From Squalus acanthias (Eukaryota), in NCBI GenBank assembly GCA_030390025.1, contig CM059431.1:102240001-102304000 (forward strand): a stretch of DNA of 64,000 nucleotides, in the 5' to 3' direction. Within the stretch, counting starts at the first letter, position 1, and each line of letters opens with the position of its first letter. Positions 62,830 to 64,000 of this stretch are shown piece after piece. A program made the position numbers and the translations under genes. The notes below the pieces were generated by a model. It ran no database searches. It was not told the DNA's origin and saw only the letters and a list, made by a program, of their open reading frames with translations.

Positions 62830-63108
62830 AAAGATTCACATTTATATAGCGCCTTTCACGACCTCAGGACGTCCCAAAGCGCTTTACAGCCAATGAAGTA
62901 CTTTTTTTGACATGTAGTCACTGTTGTAATGTAGGAAAAGTGGCAGCCAATCTGCGCACAGCAAGCTCCCACAAACAGCAATGTGATAATGACCAGATCA
63001 TCTGTTTTTGTGATGTTGATTGAGGGATAAATATTGGCCCCAGGACTCCCCTGCTCTTCTTTGAAATAGTGCCGCGGGATCGATTACGTCCACCTCGTTT
63101 TAACGTCA
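62830..63108 (-). mobile_element. DeuSINE, partial
   Basis: Tail and core present. Confidence 0.75.
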
Positions 63109-63219
63109 CAGCTGTGGCTCAGTTGGTCGCAGGTTCACAGTCCCCACACAGCGAGTAGGAGACAGACTGAGCCCGAATTCTGGCACTGTGCTTTTGTGAT
63201 TGGGAGAGTAGCAGATCAA

Positions 63220-64000
63220 TGTTACAGAACGAGGCCATTCGGCCCATCGTGCCTGTGCTGACGCACTGAACGAGCTGTCCAATTAGTCCCACTCCCCTGC
63301 TCTTAGCCCTGAAAATGTTCTTTTCAAGTATTTATCCAATTCCCTTTTGAAAGTTACTATTGAATCTTCCTTTCAGGCAGCGCGTTCCGGATCACAACAA
63401 CTCGCTGCGTAAAAAATAACTCTCCCCATCTCCCCCCTGGTTCTTTTGCCAATTATTTTTAAATCCGTGTCCTCTGGTTACCGACCCTCCTGCCAGTGGG
63501 AAACAGTTTCTCCCCGTCTACCCTATCAAAACCCCTCATGATTTTGAACGCCTCTGTCAAATCTCCTCTTAACCTTCTCCGCTCGAAGGAGAACCATCTC
63601 AGCTTTCCCCAGTCTCTCCACATAGCAACTGAAGTCCCCGGTGTCATTCCAGTGAATCTCCCTCACAGCCTCTCCAAGGCCTTGACGCCCTTTCTAAAGT
63701 GCGGCGCCCAGAATTGGAGACAATACTCCAGGCTGAGGCCGGACCAGTGATTTATAAAGGTTTAGCCCTTCACTTGCACAGTTTGAGAAAGTGTCGGATT
63801 GTGCAAACATAGAAACATAGAGACATAGAAGATAGGAGCAGGAGTAGGCCATTCGGCCCCTCTAGCCTGCTCCGCCATTCAATGCGATCATGGCTGATCA
63901 TTCAAATTCAGAACCCTGTCCCTGCTTTCTCCCCATATCCCTTGATCCCTTTAGCCTTAAGAAATATATCTAACTCCTTCTTGAATATATTTAATGAATT
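63220..64000 (-). mobile_element. Two adjacent CR1 3' fragments (about 63220-63765 and 63806 to the window end)
   Basis: Peptide RRRLRGDLTEAFKIMRGFDRVDGEKLFP; the second copy matches 16145-16330. Confidence 0.85.

Overview
This is vertebrate, repeat-dominated non-coding DNA, most likely from a shark (inferred from the repeat families); it looks intronic or upstream-intergenic. Most of the window is interspersed repeats: a tRNA-derived Deu-domain SINE resembling SacSINE1 (about 18 copies), 5'-truncated CR1, L2, RTE and CR1/L2-supergroup LINE fragments, Penelope-like elements, hAT-type and Harbinger-type MITEs, and purine-rich satellites. I recognise no host protein-coding gene; the long ORFs are LINE remnants or satellite artefacts. 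There are weak signs of a minus-strand gene 5' region (TATA box and DR1 near 34.4-34.7 kb; ATG plus splice donor at 32.46 kb). The best observations are: (1) eight minimal type-I hammerhead ribozyme motifs of two families in Penelope termini; (2) a TSD-flanked 508-bp non-coding element carrying both ribozyme types; (3) a near-perfect 172-bp inverted duplication of unique DNA around a candidate micro-exon; (4) repeated expansion of one 33-bp unit inside the SINE at five loci. Repeat boundaries were read by eye and are approximate unless a TSD is quoted.
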